This document shows, piece by piece, positions 1 to 7,443 of a DNA stretch of 19,607 bases. Each line of letters opens with the position of its first letter. The stretch's first letter is position 1. Made by a program: the position numbers and the translations under genes. Origin of the DNA: Clostridia bacterium (GTDB taxonomy: Bacteria; Bacillota; Clostridia; Christensenellales; Aristaeellaceae); contig JAKSQG010000016.1 in NCBI GenBank assembly GCA_024404275.1, forward strand, positions 1 through 19,607, written 5' to 3'. The notes under the pieces were generated by a model, which ran no database searches, was not told where the DNA came from, and saw nothing but the letters and a program-made list of their open reading frames with translations.

Positions 1-531
1 GGCCGCATGAAGAACGCCGCCCGCATCGTGATGGAGTTCAATGCTCTGCTGCCCGAGCAGGAAAAGCCCGAGTATACCGAGTGCCGGGAAGGCTTCTATC
101 ACCTGTGCGGCGTACAGGGCGATGAAGAAAACGCTATGGCGGTCTACATTCTGCGCGATCATGACGGCGAAAAGCTGGAGATCAAAAAGCAGCTGATGCT
201 CAAAGCCGCCGAATACCTGAACCTCAAGTACGGCGAGGGCACCGTGGCGGTCACGCTGCGTGATTCCTACCGCAACATGAAGGAAGTCATCGTGCAGTAT
301 CCCCACGTTATCGCCCGTGCCGAAAACGCCATCCGCAAGAATGGTCTCACTCCCGCTTCCAGCCCCGTACGCGGCGGCACGGACGGCGCCCGTCTCAGCT
401 TCATGGGTCTTCCCTGCCCCAACCTCGGCACCGCCGGCATGTACTGTCATGGCATCCATGAGCTGGCCGTTGTGGAAGATATGGAACGCATGATCGGTAT
501 TCTGACCGATATCGTACGTGCCGAAAAGTAA
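1..531 (+). CDS. pepT: Peptidase T (tripeptide aminopeptidase), C-terminal part; 5' end lies outside the window
   Basis: Frame 1 is open from base 1 (GRMKNAARIV...), so the ATG at 7 is internal. Sequence such as EGFYHL...GGTDGARLSFMGLPCPNLGTAG..HG..E is typical of the M20B PepT C-terminal half. TAA stop at 529-531. Confidence 0.85.
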   Translation, partial: GRMKNAARIVMEFNALLPEQEKPEYTECREGFYHLCGVQGDEENAMAVYILRDHDGEKLEIKKQLMLKAAEYLNLKYGEGTVAVTLRDSYRNMKEVIVQYPHVIARAENAIRKNGLTPASSPVRGGTDGARLSFMGLPCPNLGTAGMYCHGIHELAVVEDMERMIGILTDIVRAEK

Positions 532-548
532 AATCTTTAAGTTGTCTG

Positions 549-575
549 TTGACATTTATCCCCATATCGTATAAT
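549..575 (+). promoter_or_regulatory. Sigma-A-like promoter for the GGDEF gene: TTGACA (549-554), 15-nt spacer, TATAAT (570-575)
   Basis: Both hexamers are perfect consensus and were read directly. The spacer is short (15 nt), which lowers confidence. Confidence 0.5.
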
Positions 576-598
576 TTATACATACAAGCCTCTCTTTT

Positions 599-641
599 GA
601 GGGCGGGAACGCTTTTCAATGCCGAAAGCATCCCCGCCCTC
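599..641 (+). promoter_or_regulatory. Structured 5' leader hairpin between the promoter and the GGDEF gene
   Basis: GAGGGCGGG (599-607) is the perfect reverse complement of CCCGCCCTC (633-641). An inner helix pairs GCTTT (611-615) with AAAGC (625-629) around a 9-nt loop, with a 3x3 internal loop. No U-tract follows, so it is not a canonical terminator. Confidence 0.45.
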
Positions 642-699
642 CTGTTCTCCACAGAAATACTCAACACTCCATTTTGATATTGGCGAGGTATTTGACCGA

Positions 700-801
700 A
701 TGATCATCTACATTGAAGTCAACATCATCTGTATGTCCATACTGATCATCCTGTTGTTCAGCACGCATAAGCAGCGTTTGACATCGCAAAAGGGACTGTA
801 G
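700..801 (+). other. Probable true 5' end (TM1 segment) of the GGDEF gene, cut off by an in-frame TAG at 799-801
   Basis: ATG at 700 is preceded by GAGG at 685-688. It encodes MIIYIEVNIICMSILIILLFSTHKQRLTSQKGL*. It is in frame 1, the same frame as the 814-1830 ORF, and the reading continues YNRLLISTILMSITDL after the stop. Confidence 0.55.
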
Positions 802-813
802 TACAACCGCCTG

Positions 814-1830
814 TTGATCTCCACCATTCTGATGTCCATCACCGACCTCATCGCCGGGGTTTTCGCAGGCGCAACCATTCCGGGAGCCCTGCAGATCCTT
901 TGGATCTCCAACATCATCTATCAGGTAACGCCTGTCATGGCCGGCAGTTTCTGGGTCATGTACAGTCTGCGTTCCCTGTACGATTCGGTGCCAAAGTGGA
1001 TTCCCACGCTGCTTGAAGTCTTATTTGGCTTTTTCTGTGTGTTTGTACTCCTTTCCCCTGTCTGCGGCACTGTTTTCACCCTCGATGAATACAACAACTA
1101 TCACCGTGGTTCCCTCATTTTTCTGCTTTGGATCTACGATTACACCCTGATGTTCCTTCCCTCCATCATTGCCTTCCTTCGCCGCAAAAAATCAAAAGAC
1201 TGGAAGCCGATCTTCCTGTTCCTGATCGCACCCGCCATCGGCTGCGTACTGCAGAACATCTTCTACGGTCTGACCACCACTCAGGCGGGTATCACCATTT
1301 CCGCATTGGAAATCTATGTGATGCTGCAGGCACATGAAATCTCCGACGAACGCATGAGAAGCCGCCTGATTGATCAGCTCTCCCGTACCGATCAGCTGAC
1401 CGGTCTGCCCAACCGCCGTGCCTGCGACCTTTTGATTGACCAGATAGATCCGTCCGTGTCACTTGGTGTCGTCTTCTTCGACATGAACGGTCTGAAACAT
1501 GTCAATGACACCCTTGGTCATGCTTCCGGCGATCAGTTGGTCATCAACTTCGCCAGACTGGCGGACAGTATCGTGCCCACTGAGTGCATCTTCCGTATCA
1601 GCGGCGACGAGTTCGTCATCCTGCTGACAGAGATCACCCGTGAAGATTTTGACGTCACCACCGACAAGCTGCGTAACGCTGTCGTCAAGCGCGGAGATAT
1701 CGCTGCCATGGGCTGCTGTTATGCTGCCGCCGCCGGTGATGTACGCTCCGTAATTCATGATGCCGAGAAGGATATGTACAACGACAAGCGCCGTTACTAT
1801 CTTGAAACCGGTCACGACCGCCGTCACTGA
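814..1830 (+). CDS. Integral-membrane diguanylate cyclase (GGDEF domain, SGDEF variant)
   Basis: The N-terminal ~170 aa are hydrophobic (multiple predicted TM helices). The C-terminal part carries GGDEF-domain motifs: DQLTGLPNRR, FFDMNGLKHVNDTLGHASGD, RISGDEFVILL. The listed start is TTG 814; ATG 832 is an alternative, and neither has a visible SD. The likely real start is ATG 700, upstream of an in-frame TAG. TGA stop. Confidence 0.8.
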   Translation: MISTILMSITDLIAGVFAGATIPGALQILWISNIIYQVTPVMAGSFWVMYSLRSLYDSVPKWIPTLLEVLFGFFCVFVLLSPVCGTVFTLDEYNNYHRGSLIFLLWIYDYTLMFLPSIIAFLRRKKSKDWKPIFLFLIAPAIGCVLQNIFYGLTTTQAGITISALEIYVMLQAHEISDERMRSRLIDQLSRTDQLTGLPNRRACDLLIDQIDPSVSLGVVFFDMNGLKHVNDTLGHASGDQLVINFARLADSIVPTECIFRISGDEFVILLTEITREDFDVTTDKLRNAVVKRGDIAAMGCCYAAAAGDVRSVIHDAEKDMYNDKRRYYLETGHDRRH

Positions 1831-1848
1831 TTTCAAAAAAGGCATGTT

Positions 1849-1880
1849 AAAACCCCCGGCAAGTGCCGGGGGCTTTTGTT
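1849..1880. terminator. Bidirectional intrinsic terminator between the convergent GGDEF gene and thrS
   Basis: CCCCCGGC (1853-1860), loop AAGT, GCCGGGGG (1865-1872). A-run upstream and CTTTTGTTTG downstream. Confidence 0.8.
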
Positions 1881-1887
1881 TGTATCC

Positions 1888-3675
1888 TTACAGGGTCTTG
1901 GCTTCGATCTCGCTCTTGAGCTTGGCGATCAGCTCTTCCAGCGTCATCACTTCGGTCGCGTCGGTAGCACGGCTGCGGACCGCCACGGTGTTGGCAGCCA
2001 CTTCCTTTTCGCCGATGACCAGCATGTAGGGGCAGCGCTCCTCCTGACGGGCGGCACGGATCTTGTAGCCGATCTTTTCGTTGCTGGTATCCAGCTCGGC
2101 GCGGATGCCGGCGTCCTTCAAAGCTTCGGTCACCTTGTCGGCATACTCGAGGCTCTTTTCGGAAACAGGCAGCGTCTTGACCTGCACGGGCGCGAGCCAC
2201 AGCGGGAAGCAGCCCTTGGTCTCCTCGATCATGTAAGCCATGAAGCGGTCCAGAGAGCCCAGAATGGCGCGGTGGATGACCACGGGGGTCTTGGGAGCGC
2301 CGTCGGAATCAATGTAGGTCAGCTGGAACTTGGCAGGCAGGCAGAAGTCCAGCTGGCAGGTGGACAGGGTGTACTCGGCACCCACGGCAGGCTGCACGTT
2401 CACGTCCAGCTTGGGACCGTAGAAAGCGGCTTCGCCGATCTCTTCGGTGAAGTTGATGCCAAGGTCGGTCAGCACGGTGCGCAGAGCGCTTTCGGCCTTC
2501 TCCCACATGGCGTCATCCTGATGATACTTCTTGGTATCCTTGGGGTCACGCAGGCTCAGCACGCAGCGGTAGTTGGTGATATTGAAGTCCTTGTACACAT
2601 CGCGGATCAGGCCGACAACGGAAGCGACTTCGCTTTCGATCTGATCGGGCGTGACGAACAGGTGGGCGTCGTTCTGGCAGAAGTGACGGCCGCGCTCAAT
2701 GCCCTTCAGGGTACCGCTGGCTTCAAAGCGGAAGTCATGGGCGATCTCACCGATGCGCAGGGGCAGGTTGCGGTAGCTGCGCGGACGGTTGGCGTAAATG
2801 CGCATGTGGTGCGGGCAGTTCATGGGACGCAGCACAAAGGTTTCGCCCTCGACTTCCATGGCGGGGAACATATTGTCCTTGTAATGATCCCAGTGGCCGC
2901 TGGTCTTGTACAGATCGACGGTGCCCACGCAGGGGGTCATCACGTGCAGGTAGCCCAGGCGGCGTTCCTTGGCCTTGATGTAGTCCTCCAGCTCCTGCCA
3001 GACAGTGTAGCCCTTAGGCAGGAACATGGGCAGGCCGCGGCCGACCAGGTCGTCAGTCATGAACAGCTGCATTTCCTTGCCGATGCGGCGATGATCGCGG
3101 GCACGGGCTTCTTCCATCTGCTTTTCCCAGGCAGCCAGGGCATCCTTATCGGCAAAGGCCACGCCGTTGACGCGGGTCAGCATTTTGTTTTCGGCATTGT
3201 TCTTCCAGTAGGCACCGGACAGGGTGGTGAGCTTGAAGGCCTTGAGCGCCTTGGTGTAGCACAGATGCGGGCCCACGCACATATCGATGTAATCACCCTG
3301 CTGGTAGAAGGTCAGCACGGCATCCTCGGGCAGGTCGGAGATGTGCTCCACCTTGTAATTCTCGCCGCGCTCCTGCATCAGCTTCACGGCTTCTTCACGG
3401 CTCAACGCGAAGGGCTTGATGGGCAGGTTCTGCTTGACGATGGCTGCCATTTCCTTTTCGATGGCGGGCAGATCCTCATCGCTGATGGTCTTGTCGCCAA
3501 AGTCGATGTCATAATGGAAGCCCTTCTCGGTCGCGGGACCGTAGGCAAAGTGCGCATCGGGATAGAGATGCTTCACCGCCTGCGCCAGAATATGCGCAGC
3601 GGTATGACGGATGACGTGCAGTTCCAGCTCTGCCGGGCACTCATCCACATGGCCGTCATTGTAAATGATCTTCAT
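1888..3675 (-). CDS. thrS: Threonine--tRNA ligase (ThrRS) with a strongly shortened N-terminal TGS region
   Basis: 595 aa. Editing-domain HxxxH (RHTAAHILAQAV) already appears at residues ~23-34. Class II core motifs are present (FRFEASGTLKGIERGRHFCQNDAH; GSLDRFMAYMIEE), followed by an anticodon-binding C-terminus. RBS GGAGGA precedes the ATG, and a T-box leader lies upstream. Confidence 0.93.
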   Translation of the reverse strand: MKIIYNDGHVDECPAELELHVIRHTAAHILAQAVKHLYPDAHFAYGPATEKGFHYDIDFGDKTISDEDLPAIEKEMAAIVKQNLPIKPFALSREEAVKLMQERGENYKVEHISDLPEDAVLTFYQQGDYIDMCVGPHLCYTKALKAFKLTTLSGAYWKNNAENKMLTRVNGVAFADKDALAAWEKQMEEARARDHRRIGKEMQLFMTDDLVGRGLPMFLPKGYTVWQELEDYIKAKERRLGYLHVMTPCVGTVDLYKTSGHWDHYKDNMFPAMEVEGETFVLRPMNCPHHMRIYANRPRSYRNLPLRIGEIAHDFRFEASGTLKGIERGRHFCQNDAHLFVTPDQIESEVASVVGLIRDVYKDFNITNYRCVLSLRDPKDTKKYHQDDAMWEKAESALRTVLTDLGINFTEEIGEAAFYGPKLDVNVQPAVGAEYTLSTCQLDFCLPAKFQLTYIDSDGAPKTPVVIHRAILGSLDRFMAYMIEETKGCFPLWLAPVQVKTLPVSEKSLEYADKVTEALKDAGIRAELDTSNEKIGYKIRAARQEERCPYMLVIGEKEVAANTVAVRSRATDATEVMTLEELIAKLKSEIEAKTL

Positions 3676-3711
3676 TGCTGTTTTCCTCCTGTTTCAATCG
3701 GGTTGGAGGCA

Positions 3712-3938
3712 CCAAAAAAGCGCCCGCCCATGGCACTGCCGGGACGAACGCCTGATCACGGGCATCCGCGGTTCCACCCTGCTTGTTTTTCAACCACTCT
3801 TCATGCTGTTTCGGGCATGAGCCGCCCTTTGTCCGGAGGCGGTACCCGCTCTCTGCCGACCGCAACGCGCTTCCAGCCTTGACGCGTCTCTCTGTGCGGG
3901 GCAAACGCAGACATGTCCTCCATCATCCAAACGGAACA
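3712..3938 (-). promoter_or_regulatory. T-box riboswitch leader (tRNA-Thr responsive) controlling thrS
   Basis: The minus strand carries the conserved T-box AGGGUGGAACCGCG (plus coordinates 3767-3780). Stem I elements are present: GAUGAUGGAGGA (GA/K-turn-like), two AGAGAG boxes and a GGCUGGAA distal loop. A candidate specifier ACC (plus 3841-3843), followed by a purine, sits just before the CCUCC strand that closes onto GGAGG. Confidence 0.85.
3714..3751 (-). terminator. Intrinsic terminator of the thrS T-box leader
   Basis: The minus-strand RNA reads GCGUUCGUCCCGGCAGUGCCAUGGGCGGGCGCUUUUUU. This is a GC-rich hairpin with a U6 run directly 3' of the T-box sequence. Confidence 0.8.
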
Positions 3939-3944
3939 GATTCA

Positions 3945-3973
3945 AGTTTACTCTCCCTTGCCCCTTCTGTCAA
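3945..3973 (-). promoter_or_regulatory. thrS promoter: TTGACA (3973-3968), 17 nt, TAAACT (3950-3945)
   Basis: Read from the reverse complement: TTGACAgaaggggcaagggagagTAAACT. It is correctly placed upstream of T-box stem I. Confidence 0.6.
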
Positions 3974-4040
3974 GCATTTTCAGCCCGCCATGCCGCAAAT
4001 TCCTTTGCAAAAGCAGGCGCTTTTGGCTGTAACGAAAGGC

Positions 4041-4069
4041 TTGCAAAAGCCTCGTATCCGTGTTATAAT
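4041..4069 (+). promoter_or_regulatory. tig promoter: TTGCAA (4041-4046), 17 nt, extended -10 TGtTATAAT (4061-4069)
   Basis: Hexamers and spacing were read directly. It lies about 72 nt upstream of the tig ATG. Confidence 0.65.
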
Positions 4070-4140
4070 TCAGAATGTGTGCGAATGCATAAATTAGGCG
4101 TACGGCGGCAACAGATCCGCCGCCGCAGGAGGGTTCTGAC

Positions 4141-5442
4141 ATGAGTTACACCGTTGAAAAGATTGCAAGCAATAAAATCAAGATCTCCTTTACGGAGAGC
4201 GCCGAAGCCTTTGAGGAGGCCATGAAAAAGGCCTACCTGAAGATCCGCGGCCGTATCAATGTGCCCGGCTGGCGCAAGGGCAAGGCTCCCCGCAAGATGA
4301 TTGAAAATATGTACGGCGAAGCCGTCTTCTATGATGACGCCTTCGAAATTATCGCCCAGCCCGCCTATGACGAGGCCATCAAGAACGACAACCTGCAGCC
4401 CGTCGATCGTCCCCAGGTGGACATCAAGCAGATCGAATCCGGCAAGGAACTGCAGTTCGACATCGAAGTCTTTGTCAAGCCCGATGTGACCCTGGGCCAG
4501 TACAAGGGCGTCGAAGCCGAAAAGAAGATTGAAAAGATCACCGATGAAGCCATCAACGCCCGCATCGACCGCGATGTGGAAAAGGCTTCCACCACCGAAG
4601 ATGTGGAAGGCCGTGCTGTTGAAAACGGCGACATCGTCAACCTCGACTATGCCGGTTCCGTGGACGGCGTTGCCTTTGAGGGCGGCACCGCTCAGAGCCA
4701 GACCCTGACCATCGGCTCCAACATGTTCATCCCCGGCTTTGAAGAGCAGATGGTGGGCATGAACATCGGCGAAGAGAAGGACCTGAACGTTACCTTCCCC
4801 GAGCAGTATCACGCCGAAAACCTGGCCGGCAAGGCTGCCGTGTTCCATGTCAAGGTCAACGGCATTCAGGTCAAGGTCAAGCCCGAGCTGAACGATGACT
4901 TTGCCGCCGACGTTTCCGAATTCGAGACCTTCGAAGCCTACAAGGCCAACATCGTTTCCGAGCTGGAAAAGAATGCCGCCGACCGCGCTGAGGGCGCTCT
5001 GGAAGATGCCCTGCTGCAGAAGGTCGTCGACGCCGCCGATTGCGACATTCCCGATGCCATGGTGGATGACGAAGCCATGAACATGCAGCGCGAAATGGAA
5101 ATGCGTATGGCCTATCAGGGCATCCGCTACGAAGATTACCTGCAGTACATGGGTCAGACCGCCGAGCAGGTGCTGAACGACATGAAGCCCGAAGCCAAGA
5201 ACCGCGTCAAGACCAACCTGGTGCTGGAAGCCGTTGCCAAGGCCGAAGCCCTGGAAGTCTCCGATGAGGATCTGGAAGCCACCTACGCCGATCAGGCCAA
5301 GCGCATGGGTCAGGAAGTCGAAGCCTTCAAGGCCAACCTCACCGATGGTCAGAAAGACTATCTGAAGGAAACCGCCATGATCAAGAAGACCATCGACCTG
5401 ATCAAGGACAACGCCGTCATCACCGAAAAGGAAGCTGAATAA
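4141..5442 (+). CDS. tig: Trigger factor (ribosome-associated chaperone / FKBP-type PPIase)
   Basis: 433 aa. N-terminal ribosome-binding signature [18 protein letters not shown] (GFRxGxxP type). Central FKBP-like segment [17 protein letters not shown]...[22 protein letters not shown] at 4127-4133. The conserved tig-clpP-clpX context supports the call. Confidence 0.95.
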   Translation: MSYTVEKIASNKIKISFTESAEAFEEAMKKAYLKIRGRINVPGWRKGKAPRKMIENMYGEAVFYDDAFEIIAQPAYDEAIKNDNLQPVDRPQVDIKQIESGKELQFDIEVFVKPDVTLGQYKGVEAEKKIEKITDEAINARIDRDVEKASTTEDVEGRAVENGDIVNLDYAGSVDGVAFEGGTAQSQTLTIGSNMFIPGFEEQMVGMNIGEEKDLNVTFPEQYHAENLAGKAAVFHVKVNGIQVKVKPELNDDFAADVSEFETFEAYKANIVSELEKNAADRAEGALEDALLQKVVDAADCDIPDAMVDDEAMNMQREMEMRMAYQGIRYEDYLQYMGQTAEQVLNDMKPEAKNRVKTNLVLEAVAKAEALEVSDEDLEATYADQAKRMGQEVEAFKANLTDGQKDYLKETAMIKKTIDLIKDNAVITEKEAE

Positions 5443-5453
5443 GCTCCATCACA

Positions 5454-5494
5454 GGTCAAATTCGACAAGCGCGGGTATAATATCCGCGCTTGTC
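5454..5494 (+). promoter_or_regulatory. tig-clpP intergenic element: CtsR-like heptad GGTCAAA, an 11-bp perfect hairpin, and TATAAT in its loop
   Basis: GGTCAAA at 5454-5460. GACAAGCGCGG (5464-5474) pairs with CCGCGCTTGTC (5484-5494). The loop GTATAATAT contains TATAAT at 5476-5481. Confidence 0.45.
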
Positions 5495-5524
5495 TTGGTA
5501 AAAGGCACTATAAGGAGGTGCAAC

Positions 5525-6112
5525 ATGAGCATTTTGGTTCCCAATGTCGTGGAACGCAGCAGCAATGGCGAACGCGTTTACGATCTGTATTCCCGTCTTC
5601 TGAAAGACCGCATTATCTTCCTGACCGATGAAATCACCGATCAGACCGCCAACATTGTCATCGCCCAGATGCTGTTCCTGGAGATGGATAATCCCGGCGC
5701 CGATATTTCGCTGTACATCAACAGCCCCGGCGGCTCCGTTACCGCGGGCATGGCCATTTACGACACCATGAACTACATCAAGTGCGATGTGCGCACCGTT
5801 TGTGTGGGTCTGGCTGCCTCCATGGGAGCCTTCCTGCTGATGAGCGGCACCAAGGGCAAACGCCTTGCCCTGCCCAACAGCGAGGTCATGATCCATCAGC
5901 CGCTGGGCGGCGCCAGCGGTCAGGCCACCGATGTGGAAATCCGTGCCAAATGGCTGCTGCGCACCAAGGATAAAATGATGCGCATGATGAGCGAAATGAC
6001 CGGCAAGACCGAGGAACAGGTGCGTGCCGACTGTGAGCGCGACTATTTCATGACCGCCGAGGAAGCGCTGGAATACGGCATCATCGACGAGATCTATACC
6101 CCCCGCAAGTAA
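5525..6112 (+). CDS. clpP: ATP-dependent Clp protease proteolytic subunit
   Basis: ATG 5525 is preceded by AAGGAGGTG (5512-5520); the ORF-track start at 5495 is rejected. Catalytic context is present: [11 protein letters not shown] (Ser), MIHQPLGG (His), [11 protein letters not shown] (Asp). Confidence 0.95.
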   Translation: MSILVPNVVERSSNGERVYDLYSRLLKDRIIFLTDEITDQTANIVIAQMLFLEMDNPGADISLYINSPGGSVTAGMAIYDTMNYIKCDVRTVCVGLAASMGAFLLMSGTKGKRLALPNSEVMIHQPLGGASGQATDVEIRAKWLLRTKDKMMRMMSEMTGKTEEQVRADCERDYFMTAEEALEYGIIDEIYTPRK

Positions 6113-6129
6113 TCTTTCCGAGGTACACT

Positions 6130-7443
6130 ATGTCCAGAGATGATTTTTCCTCCCGCAAGCTTCACCGCTGCAGCTTCTGCGGCAAAACGCAGGATCAGGT
6201 GCAGCGGCTGATTGCCGGCCCCGGCGCGTTCATCTGCGATGAGTGCGTGCGTCTGTGCAGCGAGATCGTCAACGATGACGCCGCTGCCCAGATGTCTGCC
6301 GCTCCCGCCTCCAACATGGAAATTCCGCTGCCCGCCGAAATGAAGCAGGTGCTGGATGACTATGTGATCGGGCAGGAAGAGGCCAAGCGTGCGCTGTGCG
6401 TTGCGGTGTACAACCACTACAAGCGCATCAACGCCGTCTCGAAGGCCGGCGATGTGGAGCTGCAGAAGTCCAACATTCTGATGATCGGTCCCACGGGCTG
6501 CGGCAAGACCTATCTGGCGCAGTCTTTGGCCCGCATCCTCAAGGTACCCTTTGCCATTGCCGATGCCACTGCCCTGACCGAAGCCGGCTATGTCGGTGAG
6601 GACGTTGAAAACATCCTCCTGCGCCTCATTCAGGCCGCGGACGGCGATATCCGTGCCGCGCAGCGCGGCATCATCTATATCGATGAGATCGATAAGATCG
6701 CCCGCAAAGGCGAAAACGTATCCATCACCCGCGATGTCAGCGGCGAAGGCGTGCAGCAGGCACTGCTCAAGATTCTGGAAGGCACTGTGGCCAACGTGCC
6801 CCCGCAGGGCGGCCGCAAGCACCCCCAGCAGGAGTTTTTGCAGATTGACACCACCAACATCCTGTTCATTTGCGGCGGTGCCTTTGATGGCCTTGCCCCC
6901 ATCATTCAGCAGCGTGTCGGTGCCCGCAGTCTGGGCTTCGGTGCCAAACTGACGGATGATACCAACGGCAGCGAGACCGGTGCTGTGCTCAGCCAGGTGC
7001 GTCCCGAGGACCTGATGAAGTTCGGTCTGATTCCCGAGTTCATCGGCCGTCTGCCCGTGACCGTCACCCTGAATCCGCTGGATGAAAAAGCGCTGGTGCG
7101 CATCCTGACCGAGCCCAAGAACGCGCTGGTACGCCAGTATCAGCGTCTGCTCGATATGGACCATGTGCAGCTCAGCTTTGATGAAGATGCCCTCACCGCC
7201 ATTGCCCATGTAGCCATGCAGCAGAAGAGCGGTGCCCGCGGTCTGCGTGCCATCATCGAAAAAGCGCTGCTCAACACCATGTTCGACCTGCCTTCCCAGA
7301 AGGATGTGCTCGAATGCCGTATCACCCGCGAGGTAATCAACGATGGTGCAGCGCCCACCCTGACCCGCGGAGAGCGTACCCTGCCGGTCAAGCGCACCCG
7401 CAAGGCCCTGCCCAAGAAGGCTGCCGAATCCGATGCCATCTGA
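6130..7443 (+). CDS. clpX: ATP-dependent Clp protease ATP-binding subunit ClpX
   Basis: N-terminal C4 zinc finger CSFCGK...CDEC. Walker A GPTGCGKT and Walker [18 protein letters not shown] lies upstream. Confidence 0.96.
   Translation: MSRDDFSSRKLHRCSFCGKTQDQVQRLIAGPGAFICDECVRLCSEIVNDDAAAQMSAAPASNMEIPLPAEMKQVLDDYVIGQEEAKRALCVAVYNHYKRINAVSKAGDVELQKSNILMIGPTGCGKTYLAQSLARILKVPFAIADATALTEAGYVGEDVENILLRLIQAADGDIRAAQRGIIYIDEIDKIARKGENVSITRDVSGEGVQQALLKILEGTVANVPPQGGRKHPQQEFLQIDTTNILFICGGAFDGLAPIIQQRVGARSLGFGAKLTDDTNGSETGAVLSQVRPEDLMKFGLIPEFIGRLPVTVTLNPLDEKALVRILTEPKNALVRQYQRLLDMDHVQLSFDEDALTAIAHVAMQQKSGARGLRAIIEKALLNTMFDLPSQKDVLECRITREVINDGAAPTLTRGERTLPVKRTRKALPKKAAESDAI

Noticed and set aside
599-641. 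Possible c-di-GMP (GEMM) riboswitch in the leader of the GGDEF gene
   Set aside because: I could not find the conserved GEMM-I or GEMM-II core features (the paired P1/P2 tetraloop-receptor arrangement and conserved ACGCA/GGC segments). Only a simple two-tier hairpin is present. It is kept as a generic structured leader.
619-699. Upstream part of the 60-aa ORF (MPKASPPSCSPQKYSTLHFDIGEVFDR)
   Set aside because: ATG 619 lies inside the leader hairpin, has no RBS, and encodes a Pro/Ser-rich non-membrane sequence. ATG 700, with GAGG upstream, is the plausible start, so 619-699 is treated as 5' UTR.
799-801. Pyrrolysine or other recoding of the in-frame TAG
   Set aside because: The window contains no pyl genes, no PYLIS-like context that I can recognise, and no suppressor tRNA. 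The lineage suggested by gene content is not known to me as a Pyl user. The absence of TAG stops among 18 genes is weak evidence, because TAG is generally the rarest stop. It remains a check inside the finding, not a claim.
1876-3882. 668-aa ORF on the + strand antisense to thrS
   Set aside because: It is entirely the shadow of a well-supported thrS CDS. The translation is low-complexity (Gly/Ala/Val/His/Leu/Gln-rich), has no recognisable motifs and no RBS, and runs through the T-box leader. This is a typical high-GC antisense artefact.
4103-4125. GC hairpin CGGCGGC-N9-GCCGCCG in the tig leader as a terminator or attenuator
   Set aside because: There is no U-tract, and the hairpin lies immediately 5' of the tig SD (AGGAGGG at 4127-4133). 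It is more likely a 5' stabilising stem and not distinctive enough to report as a finding.
5495-5524. Upstream extension of clpP ([10 protein letters not shown]...) suggested by the ORF track
   Set aside because: The extension starts at a non-ATG codon inside the hairpin region. The strong AAGGAGGTG RBS sits 5 nt before ATG 5525, which yields a canonical ClpP N-terminus.
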